Of a stretch of DNA of 64,000 nt, positions 1-12,500 are shown in pieces (positions within the stretch are counted from its first letter, which is position 1; each line of letters starts with the position of its first letter). The notes beneath the pieces were generated by a model. That model was not told the origin of the DNA and made no database searches. It saw nothing but the letters and a program-made list of their open reading frames with translations. The stretch lies in assembly GCA_010909165.1 (NCBI GenBank), contig MU008161.1:620001-684000 (forward strand). The letters are read 5' to 3'. Made by a program: the position numbers and the translations under genes. The DNA comes from Anthoceros angustus (Eukaryota; Plantae; Anthocerotophyta).

Positions 1-3000
1 CAATGCTGGACAAACAGGGTGTCATGTTGCATGTCATCGCTGATGTAAAAATGGTAGAACTTTTCAACGTTGCAAAACGGGTCCTCCTCCATAATTGGAC
101 CAATTCTCATATCCGAAACATGCACAAGAATTGTAACCTGATCACTGTGCCAATGCATGCTTTGGATCTCGTTCTGCACTTGGAAGGCGTAGTTTTGTGA
201 GAAATTAATCATTGAGACGATGACATCCTCTGGAAACCATTCTAGACATCTGCGAAACTCATAAGCTTGCCATCGCTGAACAAAATCATGGGTGATGAAA
301 TGTTTCAACTTGCCTTTTAGGAACTCTACCATTTCAGACGGGTGAGTTTCCTTGTATACAAGCTTGATTCGAGACTTGGAAGTGCCGTCTTCATTCTGCC
401 CAACGTGGTGGTATTCAAAACAACGCCACTTCAATGTAGCAGACGGCAGCAAGTTTGTTGTGACCTCCTGAGGAGAAAAGCCCTAGCTTCTGAACCCCAC
501 AAAGATTGCAATTCCCCATTAAACACTTCTGCTTATGGAAGTCCTCGTCATGTGCTTTAGGGCACACACATCGTGGAACCGCTTCACGACCGAGCCAGCA
601 ACAATCAAGACCGTCCGTAAAGCACCTTCCCTTGGCACAAAGACAAGGACATGAGCATGCAGACCTCAAGTGAACCTTTGATTGGACACCGCGGAGCTGG
701 TTGAGAGCATCCTTTAGAAATGCCATTTCAACGTGATACCGCAGAACACACGCCCGCTCCTGCAGGGATTTGATGTAGAAGGGTTTCAACCTCTCAAAGG
801 CACGCTGACCTATCTTGATCTCAGGATATGACTTCGGAATCGGAGGAAGAACTCCGTCTGCATCACAAACAACAAGGGACCACAAGTGTAAGAGACTACA
901 TCAACGTAGAATACCGCAACCGACACTTCAAGCTGCGGCATGGTCGGGCGAGTGGTGCCGACAACTTCAAATTGTGACAATGAACCCCATCAAGTGATGA
1001 AGTTGTCCTAAAAGTGTAATCTGGCAAAGTGCCGACGACATCTTGAATAGCACAGGTGGCATCGGCACCATGCAGTGTGAGACACTGGCAACTGTTAGTG
1101 TGAGACAGTGTTAGCGTGCACCCGAGTGAATGAGTGAAAGCGCTGCGAGCCACAATGTTGGATAGGACTCCACCAGCGCTAGGACCATCTTCCACATGCA
1201 CCAACCCCACCACAAGCGCCACTGCCCACACAATGTAACCCATGATGTGGTAAACAACGAAGGAAACCCCAACATGCGCTCACCTGTGAGGTATCGAGGA
1301 AGTGCGTGATGTGCGTACGATACACAAACGGGGCCACCCGTTGCCGCCTGGCATCCTTCGAGTTCGAGGAAGGGCGTGAGGAGTTCTCCCAAAACTGGAC
1401 AATTATTTCCTTCACAGTTGTGCTCAAGGAATCTGATCTGACCTTCCGCCCTGCACCACACCATTGGTGGCCCTGTTCTGCGATGTCCAATTGGCAAAGG
1501 GTTTGCACATGCGCGCCACAACTCGTCTATTGACCCCGAACCCCCATGGCACGCCCGCTTCTTGCATGACATCCTTGGACAAAACAATGTTCATGAAAGT
1601 TTGCCGAGCTCTCAACTTGTCCGCAACTTGCACACTTTGTAGACTCCTCAGCGACTGATGTTCTCGAGCTTGATTTGTGGCTTTTCGAGTCCGGCTTTCC
1701 TCCCCTTAGCACCGCGAAATCTCTTGAGAATGCAAGTGTAGAGAACGCCCAAAATCCTCCTCCTCCACGCCCACTAAAGTGACGAGTCCTCCGCAAAAGA
1801 AGGACCCTAACTCCCGAGCAACCGGTAGCCTTCGTCGGAGGGCTCCCTTAAACCGGAGGTGTCGAGCAACTCCTTCGTCGGCCGACACCGCCTTGACCTT
1901 TCGCACGACAAGCGTGATGATGCGCGGCCCGGGTGCCACCCGAACTTCATGTGTCTCTACCGATTTTCTTGAAACTCGGATGCACAATCTCTACGGAAAG
2001 AGTGTGAGATGGCAACAATCCTTCCACGCATTGTTGATCATTGCCCCGTTTACTTGGTTGAGCTGGTGTTTGTTGATCATTGCCCCCACCACTGTGAGTG
2101 ACAACTGTCATACTATTAGCCGGTGGGTGAGGAGCACTTGGAGTGGCAATCGCCACACCGCCGCATGTTTAGCTCCTCTCGCCATCTCCAACGACGCTTC
2201 CAAGCGGCGTGCTTGGCACGACACGGGCATCGGCACCATGCGATGAGACAACAGGAGTGTGAGGCAGTGTTAGCTCGGTGATAGTGAGTGAAAGCGCTGC
2301 GAGCCACAATGTTGGATAGGACTCCACTAGCGCTAGGACCATCTTCCACACGGACCAACCTGACCTGGCGCTACGGCCTGTGAGAACCCCATGATGTGGT
2401 AAACAACGAAACCCCAACTTGCGCTCACAGTGAGGTATCGAGGAAGTGCGTGATGTGACGATACACAAACGGGCCACCATGCCGCTGGCATCCTTGAGCG
2501 AGTTCGAGGAAGGCGTGAGGAGTTCTCCCAAAGCGGACAATTAAATCCCTCACGGTTGTGCTCAAGGAATCGATAACCTTCATACCACGCACCATTGGTG
2601 GCCACTGCTCGATGTCCAATTGGCAAAGGGTTTGCACATGCGCGCCACAACTCGTCTATTGACCCCGAACCGCCCCATGGCGGCCGCTCCTTCTTGCATG
2701 ACATCCTTGGACAAAACAATGTTCATGAAAGTTTGCGAGCTCTCAACTTGTCCATAACACACTTTGTAGACTCCTCATAGCGGACTGATGTTCTCGAGCT
2801 TGATTTGTGGCTTTTCGAGTCCGGCTTTCCTCCCCTTAGCCTGCGAAATCTCTTGAGAATGCAAGTGTAGAGAACTCAAAATCCTCCTCCTCCACGCCCA
2901 CTAAAGTGGCCAGGTCCTCAAAAGAAGGACCCTAACTCCCAAGCAACCGCTTTGTAGCCTTCGTCGGAGGGCTCCCTTAAACCGGAAGTGTCAAGCAACT

Positions 3001-3535
3001 CCTTCTGTCGCGCTCGACACCGCCTTGACCTTTCAGTGGCTGACAAGCGTGATGATGCGACCGCTCCGCTTGCAGGTGCCACCCGAACTTCATGTGTCTC
3101 TACAGCCTGATTTTCTTGAAACCCTGGATGCACAATCTCTACGGAAAGAGTGTGAGATGGCAACAATTCTTCCGCATTGTTGATCATTGTCCCGTTCACT
3201 TGGTTGAGCTGGTGTTTGTTGATCATTGCCCCTGCATGGTGACAAGTCACTCTACTAGCGATGGGTGAGGAGCACTTGAGTGGCAATCGCCACACCACCA
3301 TGTTTAGCTCCCTGCCATCTCCAGCGGCCTTCCAAGCGGCGTGCTTGCACGACAGTCGGCATCGACGTTGTTGCGTTGGAGCCATCTCTTCAGGTTGTTT
3401 GCCAAGCAAACCACATAGGATCTGTGACAAGTGTGCTGTGAGCCGACCTTCCCGATCGGAGCGGAGAGAGCGGTTTACGCCCCCATCATCTCCCTTGGCA
3501 AAGAGGGTATGGAGGGTTTGAATTTTAAATGTCAA
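1..3535 (-). mobile_element. Sola2-like DDD/E DNA transposon, degenerate spliced transposase, running off the left edge
   Basis: Manual minus-strand translation of 400->1 gives ...SMINFSQNYAFQVQNEIQSMHWHSDQVTILVH...FYISDDMQHDTLFVQH (DFxENY/QxEIQSxHW/SDDxxHD family motifs). 857->480 gives YPEIKIGQRAFERLKPFYI...RAC..YH plus a Cys-rich CxC region. A GT-AG intron at 1283->858 joins HFLDTSQ|TEFFLRFRKSYPEIK. TIRs were not identified; the Sola2 label is from recalled motifs. Confidence 0.7.
1058..3364. repeat. Tandem duplication of ~1.15 kb (1058-2225 and 2226-3357) within the transposase
   Basis: Long shared blocks, e.g. gagtgaaagcgctgcgagccacaatgttggataggactccac at ~1134 and ~2286. GGCATCG occurs at all three boundaries (1058, 2226, 3358). 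Confidence 0.9.
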
Positions 3536-3899
3536 GTGAGTTCCCCACCGTAAACTTCATATTTCAAAACTAGACTCCCTCTTCCATTAAGAGAGAGAAC
3601 ATCTACACGCGTATTCAAATTTTGATACGATATTCTCTCCCCCCGTTTTTTGATGTGGACTCACTGTGGACTCACCATATCTAGTGGTCCGTATGATACC
3701 TTCAAAGGGGAATACCCGTGAGTATAGTTCAAGGCCTAATCCTACTTATTTTGCGCTGGAATTTTTTGTGTACCACTGACATTTGGGTGACTCTTAGCCT
3801 GAAAAGTTTCAAGCCATTCGGATCAAAATTACAATATTTAAAACTTTTCCTTCAATAACATGTCCACATGTGGACAAAAAACCGTGTTGCATCCGTTGC

Positions 3900-6120
3900 A
3901 CACTTTTATGGAACACCAAAGCATGCATCCACCCATACATAATATCCAGCCGAGTCCAATTAGCCAAATAAAGAAGACAACCCACACATGCAGCATAAGG
4001 GATAGTAAACATATCCTCACGCTCAGCATCGGATTGTGGGCAGTCCGCTGTAGATAACCGAATACCAACTGCTCCGGAAGTCGAAACAAGCCAAGCATAT
4101 TGCGTATTAAATCGGGGTAAAATTTCCCTGATATATTTTTGTTGATGCATAAAAATCTGGCCATTAGGCCAGATCTCAGGATCTGGCCTAATGAAGTATC
4201 TGAATGCCAAGGCACCATTGAAGAGCTCCAATATCCTTCAATTCAAATTCAGCCCGTAGAATAACGCTATTGATAAGGGTCATACTAGTGCCAAATATAC
4301 ATACGTTATCAACATATAAGGCTAAAATGATAAAGTCAGAACCGTTAGCAAGATAATAAACATTATTATCAGCATGGCTTTGAATAAAGCCAATAAATTT
4401 AAGATTACCATCACATTTATTATACCATATATGAGCGCTTTGTTTTAAGCCATAGAGGCACTTAAGCAACTTACAAACAAGCTCAGCATTGGCATCTTCA
4501 TAGCCCTCGGGTTGCCGCATAGATATTTCCTCCTTAAGTTCCCCATATAAGAATGCAGTGCAAACATCCATTTGAAGGATTTCTAAATTCAACTCTCTGG
4601 CTAAGGCTAAGAGAACCCTCAAGGATTGGGTCTTGACTACCGGCGAAAAAGTCTCTTGATAATCTACACCGGCAACCTGGCTATAACCTTTAGCAACAAG
4701 TGTGCTTTATAACGTTCAATTGAACCATCAGCATTTAATTTTGTTTTAAATACCCACTTGCACAGGATGGGTTTACGACCAGGAGAAAGTGAGGCTAAAT
4801 CCCAAGTGTGATTTTTAATCAAAGAATTATACTCACTTTCTTTTGCGGCTTTCCATGCTGCACCATTGGGCCCATTCAGTGCCTATTGATAGGTAGCTGG
4901 TTCACTGTCAACCGTCAATAGAGCATGCACATGAAGAGCCCTAGTCATTTCGGAAGTGGGGTTAGCAAAATCAGAAATAGCTGCACTAATAAAATCATCA
5001 GCTAAATGCTCTTCTAAATAATCTGAGATATCTGTATTTCCATCATTTGTATTAGCCAAAATATCTAAAATTGCCCTGGAACGTGTACGTGGTCGAGATA
5101 CAGGTGGTTCAAGGGACCACCGAACGGGAGGACGGCATTCCCGTTGGGAAGAACAGCAGAAAGGCACCAACTCCGTTCGCTCCCCAATGCCTGCCCGTCT
5201 ACCTACATCAGTAAATGCCCATACTCAAGGGCATCATCCGCCCGTGCTTCGTCACCCGCTACACCATCAAGACCATCCGCCACGCACTCAGAGCCCGCTG
5301 CCCGTAGTCGTGGGGTCGCGCGCCGCGGCGTCTGATCGAGCAACGGGAGTGTCGGCCGGGAGTGTCTGAGGGCGATCCGGTGTACTTGTCCAACAGGTTG
5401 GGAGCCATTGGCCTGCGGCTCCTCCTGAGCATCAGCGGGAGCAGAGGCAGGGGAATGCAGGCCGAGATTGTGGTGCGTCGGATCACATCTATGATCAATA
5501 AAAGCGGGTTGAAAGCCACCGGAGACACCGGGAATAGGGTAGAGGAATCCCTCATCTGGAGCAGGATCCTCGTCAGGAAATGTGAGAGAATCAAAACTGC
5601 TGGTGTCTTGGATGTTGTCTGAATCCCAAGGTGAGGCCTTAATAGGTTGGTGACTGGACTCTCCACTTGCGGAAGAGGCTTCTACTGTTTGAGCTACCAC
5701 TGGAGCTTCATTAAAGACAACGCTCTTGGCATAGGTAAGTTGGCGTGTCGAAGGCATGTAAAGCTTGTAGGCTTTCACCTGCTCGCCATAGCCAACAAAT
5801 ATGTGTCTGGTGGCCCTGTCTGCTAGCTTAGGTCGGCCTTGAAGGGGAACAAGGGCCCAGGCGGTGCAACCAAACACTCTGAGATGGGCTACCCCAGGTT
5901 TCCTCTTGTACCATAACTCAAATGGTGTCGTCCCTAACGGAATGGCTGATGTATGGATCCAATTCATTACATAGGTAGTTGTGACCACAGCTTCTGCCCA
6001 GTAAGGCTTCGAAAGATGGGAGGCAGAGAGCATTGTCATAGCTGCGCTGCCAATAATGTCCCCAATCTTCTTCTCAGCAATCCCATTTTCCTGGGATGTA
6101 CAAGGTAATGTATACTACCG
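3900..6120 (-). mobile_element. Ty1/Copia element A, 3' part: integrase C-terminal half and reverse transcriptase (RNase H and 3' LTR absent)
   Basis: ORF 5203-6039 (PYWAEAVVTTTYVMN...HLRVFGC...YKLY) is preceded by YTLPCTSQENGIAEK. ORF 4188-4622 has QMDVCTAFLYGELKEEI..QPEGY...LYGLKQS...LALYVDN. ORF 3809-4231 has PYAACVGCLLYLANWTRLDI. Confidence 0.92.
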
Positions 6121-6900
6121 CACTACTAGGGAGAGGGGTGTTTTACAAAACCCCTTTTGCAAATCTCTCAATCTTTACAACGTCTAAACACCTCCGTTGT
6201 AAATTGGTTTAAGTTTCGCTGATATGGCAAGTTTTAAGACTCGGTTTATAACGGGGGTTTCTAGTTGGATGATGAGGCACTCTTTTGGGTGCTCATTTAC
6301 AAGAACAGATTGATGACGTGGCTCCCACGTTGTAGATTACGTTGTAAAAGCCTTTTTTTTTAAATTTGATCTTCATTTTTCTAAAAATCTTTATTAACAT
6401 CACTAATCACAAAAATATGATTGGAAGCCATTTACAACAGCATGAGATGACGTGGCTCCCTTGTTGTAGATTACGTTGTAAAAGCCTTTTTCTCAAAATT
6501 TATTCTTTATTTCTTCAAAACTCTTTATTATTATTATTAATCAAAAAAATATGATTGGAGGCCATTTACAACAGCGATTGATGACGTGGCTTCCTTGTTG
6601 TAGATTACGTTGTAAAATATTTTTCTCAAAATGTGTTCTTTATTTTTTTAACTCTTTATTATTATTATTATTGATCACAAAAATATGATTGGAGGCCATT
6701 TATAACAGCGATTGATGACATGGGTCCCTTGTTGTAGATTACGTTGTAAAGTATTTTTCTCAAAATGTGTTCTTTATTTTTTTTTAACTCTTTATTATTG
6801 TTATTAATCACAAAAAATATGATAGGAGGCCGTTTACAACAGCGATTGATGACATGGTTCCTTTGTTGTAGATTACGTTGTAAAGCATTTTTCTTCAAAA
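6121..6900 (+). mobile_element. CACTA/EnSpm-type left terminus with subterminal repeats (non-autonomous)
   Basis: CACTACTAG begins exactly where the Copia A integrase stops. TTACAAC(G)/CGTTGTAA motifs recur in both orientations over the next 780 bp. No matching right TIR was found. Confidence 0.6.
6300..6895. repeat. ~133-bp tandem repeat, about 4.5 copies
   Basis: The aacagc(g)attgatgac(g/a)tgg...ttgtagattacgttgtaaa unit starts at about 6304, 6436, 6570, 6704 and 6838. Confidence 0.92.
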
Positions 6901-7189
6901 TATGAGGCAGGGAGGGGTATTTTAAATTTGGTAGGGGTTATTTTATGGGGGCATGATGAACGCGTCCATTCAAAATGCGGATCGTGCCACTCGGCGCTCG
7001 CACTCCATTAATCGATCCTTACACACAGTCCGGCATGGAGAGGGAAAAAGTCGAGAGGGGGGCCGCTAGTGCTCTAATACTAGTTCATCGCGCTCTTTAG
7101 CATTTTCTTAAGTGTTCTTATTGTGAGCAGTACCACCTCTCGCCCATAGCGCGCGCGCATCGCCTTGCCGGATGGTACATGTTCGTACA

Positions 7190-7942
7190 TGCCATTTTGC
7201 GTGCCATTGTATGGCCATTGTTGGGCGCCATTGTTAGGCGTTAATTGGGTGCCTTTGTTGCGTTAATTGGGCGCCATTGTTAGCGCTGCGCCATTGTTGG
7301 GCGTTAATTGGGCGACATAGTTGGACGTTAGGCACCATTGTTGGGCATTAATTGGGCGTCATTGTTGGGTGTTGGGCGCCATTGTTCGGTGTTGGGCGCC
7401 ATTGTTGAGCATTAATGGGGCGCCATAGTTGGGCGTTGGGCGCCATTATTATTGGGCGTTATTTGGGCACCATTGTATGGCCAGCCATTGTCGGGCATTG
7501 GGCGCTATTGTTGGGCATTAATTGGGCGCTATAGTTGGGCATTGGGCGCCATTGTTGGGCATTGGGCGCCATTGTTGGGCATTAATTGGGCGCTATAGCT
7601 GGGCATTGGGCGCCATTGTTGGGCATTAATTGGGCGCTATAGTTGGGCATTGGGCGCCATTGTTGGGCATTAATTGGGCGCTATAGTTGGGCATTAATTG
7701 GGCGCTATAGTTGGGCATTGGGCGCCATTATTATTGGGCGTTATTTGGGCACCATTGTATGGCCAACCATTGTCGGGTATTGGGCGCCATTGTTGGGCGT
7801 TGGGCGCCATTATTATTGGGCGTTATTTGGGCACCATTCTATAGCCAACCACAGTGGGGCGTTGGGCGCCATTGTTGGGTGTTGGGCGCCATTGTTGGGC
7901 ATTGATTGGGCGCCACAGTTGGGCATTGGGCGCCATTATTAT
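7190..7942. repeat. TTGGGC-based minisatellite (TTGGGCGCCATTG / TTGGGCATTAA / TTGGGCGTTA variants)
   Basis: Dozens of 10-20 bp variant units. The array resumes at 24778-24945 on the far side of Copia B and is re-copied at ~26970-27135. Confidence 0.92.
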
Positions 7943-8139
7943 TGAAACTTTTATTTAGCGGAAGCTAGTTGTATTGCAAGAAGGAATAAAAGCAATTAAT
8001 TGAAGTTGAATACAAAATTGTCTTAAGTACTTCATGGGAGCAGGTGTGACTATTCACCACTAACCAATATATTAAAATAACTAAATAATAACTGGTAGGT
8101 TAATAAGAACCTTTCACATTTTAACACTCCCACTTAACC
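7943..8139 (-). repeat. Copia B 3' LTR (184 bp) with polypurine tract
   Basis: TGAAACTTTTA...CACATTTTAACA followed on + by CTCCCACTTAACC, which is GGTTAAGTGGGAG upstream of the LTR on the minus strand. Confidence 0.9.
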
Positions 8140-9539
8140 TAAGCACGTAGTTATTTATCCACCACTCCAGGTAAAAATAGGTAACTCCATTAAATCTGGA
8201 TAATGCAGTGATCTGGTGAATACGAGTAAAAAATCGTTATGTACCCATCACCATGCATGGATGATGGGGTTGTTGGGCATTAAAGCCCATACCCTCCGCT
8301 CCGTGGCCGTATCGCGGCCGCCCCGACCTCAAAAGCGGCGACCATGGAGCAGAGACCAAGCGGGCAGGCGGCCGTCGGCTCGGCGGAGGGCATCGGCGCA
8401 ATGGAGGAGGAAGGGCGGCGCGCGGCGCGAATGGCGTGGGAGGTCGCGCCCAGGCAACCTTGCAGGCGCCACCATCCAGCCGAATCTGCCGAGTGCAGCA
8501 CAACCGGACCACCCGCATCATCCATGCTCGGCTCTTCAACATCGATGCTCGGCGAAATGTCGATGCGGGCCCTCGCCGTGCGCATGCCCCGATTCCCCGA
8601 TGACCATCGCGACGAGAACGCGCAGTGCGCCCCTCACGCAACTCAAGCTTGTGTCCTTTTTTTCATCTTTGAGTCCATGACCGGCCTTGAGAGAACCCAA
8701 AGAGATGCACATCGTCACGAGATGCGGCATCGCATAAGAGCATCGGGCACAGGCATGCCGATCGTAAACCCTATATATGTCACATATCCTGTACTTGTTT
8801 TTTTTTTCGTTTTGTCGAAGAGGTGCTTGCTGTTAACCACAAAGTGTTTATGATCCTGTAGTGACTGAAGATGTTCCTCACAAGGTCACGGACCCTCATG
8901 GCTCAATAGCATCAAGCTCCAGACCAGTTCCAACTTTGAGTATGTTGCCCCCCATCCCAGTTTATCCTCCTAGGTCACCTCCAGATACATGGCCAATGGA
9001 AAAACTCCGTAGAGGTCCGATGCGTGTTGATCCTACCGTCATCCGGATGTGAGATATGACCGGAGACACTTTGAGGAGGGCGGAGAAAAGATTCAAGGAG
9101 TGATAAGAAGGAGGATAGCGCCTAGGCGGGACATCCAAGATCTACACTCACTTTGGATGCCAGTGGGAAGAGTGGAGTGCACAAGCATCTTCAGAAGGTA
9201 AAAATATAATCTGCAGTGAGAATTGTTAGTTGAAAAAATACTAACCCTAAGATTAATTACTTGTCAGTTCACGATTTGACTTAAAAACTGTATGCTTCAT
9301 CCACTGTACTGACCTGTAATGTGCAGGCAAAATAACAGAAAAGTAAAGAAACTTTATATTGACCATGGATGCCTTGAAACATGTAAACAGACTCAGGTGC
9401 GAAAACTAGCAAGCTAAGGAGTTAGCAGCTAGTAAAACTCAAGCTGAACTGTGAAATTTTGTCAAAGGCCACCCAAGGCCCAAGTAGTAAAAGCATTAAA
9501 TTAGAAATGAAACTCCCTAAGACCTAGTGACTCTAGGTG

Positions 9540-12500
9540 CTTAAAGTGCTTAATTTTAGGAAGAGCCTTAGTTAAAATATCAGCGGTGTTATTTACGTCG
9601 ATATACTTAACCTTTACTATTCCTCTCTCAACATCCGGATGTAATGATGATGATAGAGCTCTATATGTTTAGTCCTAGCATGAAACCTAGGATTAGCAAC
9701 TAAAACTATAGCACCCATATTATCACAGAAAAGACTAGTAGGACCAGACTGTGACTGATTTACAGAATCAAGGAATTGACGTTCCCACTCGGCCTCCTTG
9801 CAGGCATCTGTCAGGGCTTTGTACTCGGCTTCAGTAGAAGACAAAGCAAGAGAAGCTTGTTTCTTGCAGCTCCAACTAACAGACCCAGAGGCCAGAAGGA
9901 AACAATAAGCAGAGAGACTCTTTCGTCATTGGCATTGATCGGCATCGAAAAGAGGTCGATGACTTGCTCCCACTTGCTGAATATTGTAAACCAAAATAGT
10001 GCCCTTGATATAACGATATCGTTTAACATGTCCGATTAATGTGCGTCCGGCTGAAGCTGCGAAACCATACTAACCTAGGCGATGTCGGGCGAGTCGATTG
10101 GCGGAAAATCAAGCATCCCGGCCTGCAAGGAGCGGATGCCATATCTTTAAGATCTGCACTCGAGGAGCTTGATCTATACTAAGCTTTTCCCCCCTGCGGA
10201 GGAGTCGTACAGTCGGCCTCATCCATATGAAAGCGTTTAAGAATTTCTTTGATGTACTTAGTTTGATGAAGAATAATGTGGCTGCGGACGCAAAAATGGA
10301 TGCCAAGACTGCAGATCCTTGATCGGTCATTTCAAACTCACCGAGCATAGTCTTAACTTTCTCTAGTTGGAGTACTATTCTTGAGAAGAGCGCAATCATC
10401 CACGTAAAGTGCGAGAACAACAAAAGACCACCACAGGAAGGTAAAACACATTCTTGTCCAGGAGATTGTAGAAAACCGAGCTTCTTCAAGTACTTCACAA
10501 TCGCTTGTACCATGCTCTTGGACTTTGTTTCAAGCCGTAAATAGTCTTTAGCGACTTGCAAACTTTCCTAGCCCATTTTTGTTGATGAAGCCTTGTTCTT
10601 TGCATGTATAACACTTCTTCTAACTCCCCATGCGAAAGGCTACATACGTCCATCTGTTGGACTTCAAGGTCATACTCGACCATGGCTAACAACATACGGA
10701 CGGAAGGTGGCTTCACAACCGGTGAGAAGGTATCGCCATAATCAATACGGTATTTGACTAAACCCCTCGCAACCAAGCGTGATTGTATCTAGCCCGTTCC
10801 ATCCGATTTAAGCTTGGTCTTGAAGACCCACTTGACTAATAGGTTTCCTACCGGTGGAAGATCAACAAGTTCCCAAGTGTTATTCTTCATAGAATTGTAC
10901 TCATCATCAATTGAAATCCGCCAATGGTGTCCATCGGTCCATGAATGCTTCCTCATAGGATTGCGGATCCGGCCTTACATCGGTACATGTAGGCTAGAAA
11001 CATGAGCACCATGCTTTTACAAGTCCACAGTGATAAGGAGGCTCAACCCATTGCTCACGGATCGGCTCACGAGCGGGATCACGGGCAGTCTTCATGAGGT
11101 GGAGAGGAGGCTCACCGTCGGATCCTTCCGGATCATCATCGAGTGAGGACCATCACCATCCATTGATTCATTCCCATTAAGGTCAGCAATAGGTGTTGCT
11201 TCCCCTTCCTCATAGTGAGTAGTAGCTGAAGATTCTAGATGGGCTTCGGACTCACCATCAGAATATAGATAATCAGCAAGAACAGCGGGAGAAGAATCAA
11301 CGTGTGGAGGACTAGATGTGTCATCTTCTGAATTTTCAGTCTCATCAGACTCTCGTGAAGGAGAAAATGCGGTCGAATCTTCTACGGTGTTAGGAGAATG
11401 TAGTTCACAAAGGTGACACTACGAGCAAGTGTGAGTTTCACTGGTCTTAGGGTCATACGACTTGTAGGCTTTACTTTCCTCGAATAGCCTACAAAGAAAT
11501 AGATGGACCTATCATCTAACTTCTGACGTTTGGATACAGGAATGAACACAAAAGCAGGGGAGCCAAAGACACGGAGGTGCAGCAAACTAGGTTTCTTACT
11601 CCAAAAGGCTTCAAAAGGGGCAGGTAAAGAGGCTGTGGGAACTCTGTTCAAGATATAAGTAGCCGTCACAATTGCCTCAGCCCAATATCCCTTCGGAAGT
11701 CCTGACCAGGAGAGCATACTACGTGTCATCCCCATCAAAGTCGATTTTTCTCTCGCCACTCCATTTCTTTGAGGAGTGTATGGGCGAGTTGCCTTCTAAT
11801 TCCATTTTTAGAAGATCATCATACTTTGCCCCAAGAAATTCCCCACCATTATCGGTCCGTAGACATTTAACTAACTTTCCGGTTTGTCGTTGAACCGAGG
11901 GAATCAAGCGGCTATCTTATCAAAAGCCTCACTCTTCAACTTCAAAGGAAATGTCCAAGTGAATCGAGAGTAGTCATCTGTAAGAGTGAGATAATACCAA
12001 GCGCCCCCCAAGGAGGAGACTTGCAGCTTGCCAGCAATATCAGCATGGACAAGTTCAAGTACCTCAGTGGCCCTAGTAGCATCCTTATTTTTAAAAGGTA
12101 ATTCCTTCTGCTTGGACAAGATACATGATTTGCAAGCAGGAAGGTCCTTGAATTGAGCTGGAAGTTTCTCCTCGTAACAGTCCATAGAAGACATCAAACT
12201 CAGTTTTGCCTTGTTGATGTGGCGAGCATGCAGTTCAACAGATTTTGCCGATGTAGCAAGACTGCTTGAACTTGGACAAAACTTGTAAAGTTCATTAACC
12301 AAAACACCTCTTGCTATGCACGGATCTGGAAATCTTATACAAGCGGTCAATTCAATTCAAATCAACCCAACCAAAGGCGATTGTGTAAGAGCTCTTATAG
12401 AGAAAATTCTTGACATTCGAGAGCAGAGAACATCCAGCAATTGCAACTGTGAACCATCAGCAAGAGGTATGTTAACTGAACCACTACCCTTCACATCAAC

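Noticed and set aside
6300-6895. 133-bp array as a CRISPR array
   Set aside because: Whole units repeat with no unique spacers, there are no cas genes and the context is eukaryotic. It is explained as CACTA subterminal repeats.
7060-7085. GCTAGTG as the CACTA right TIR, or CTAG as a Helitron 3' end
   Set aside because: Matches the left end for only 5 bp, has no 3-bp TSD (CCG versus CTC) and no convincing subterminal hairpin.
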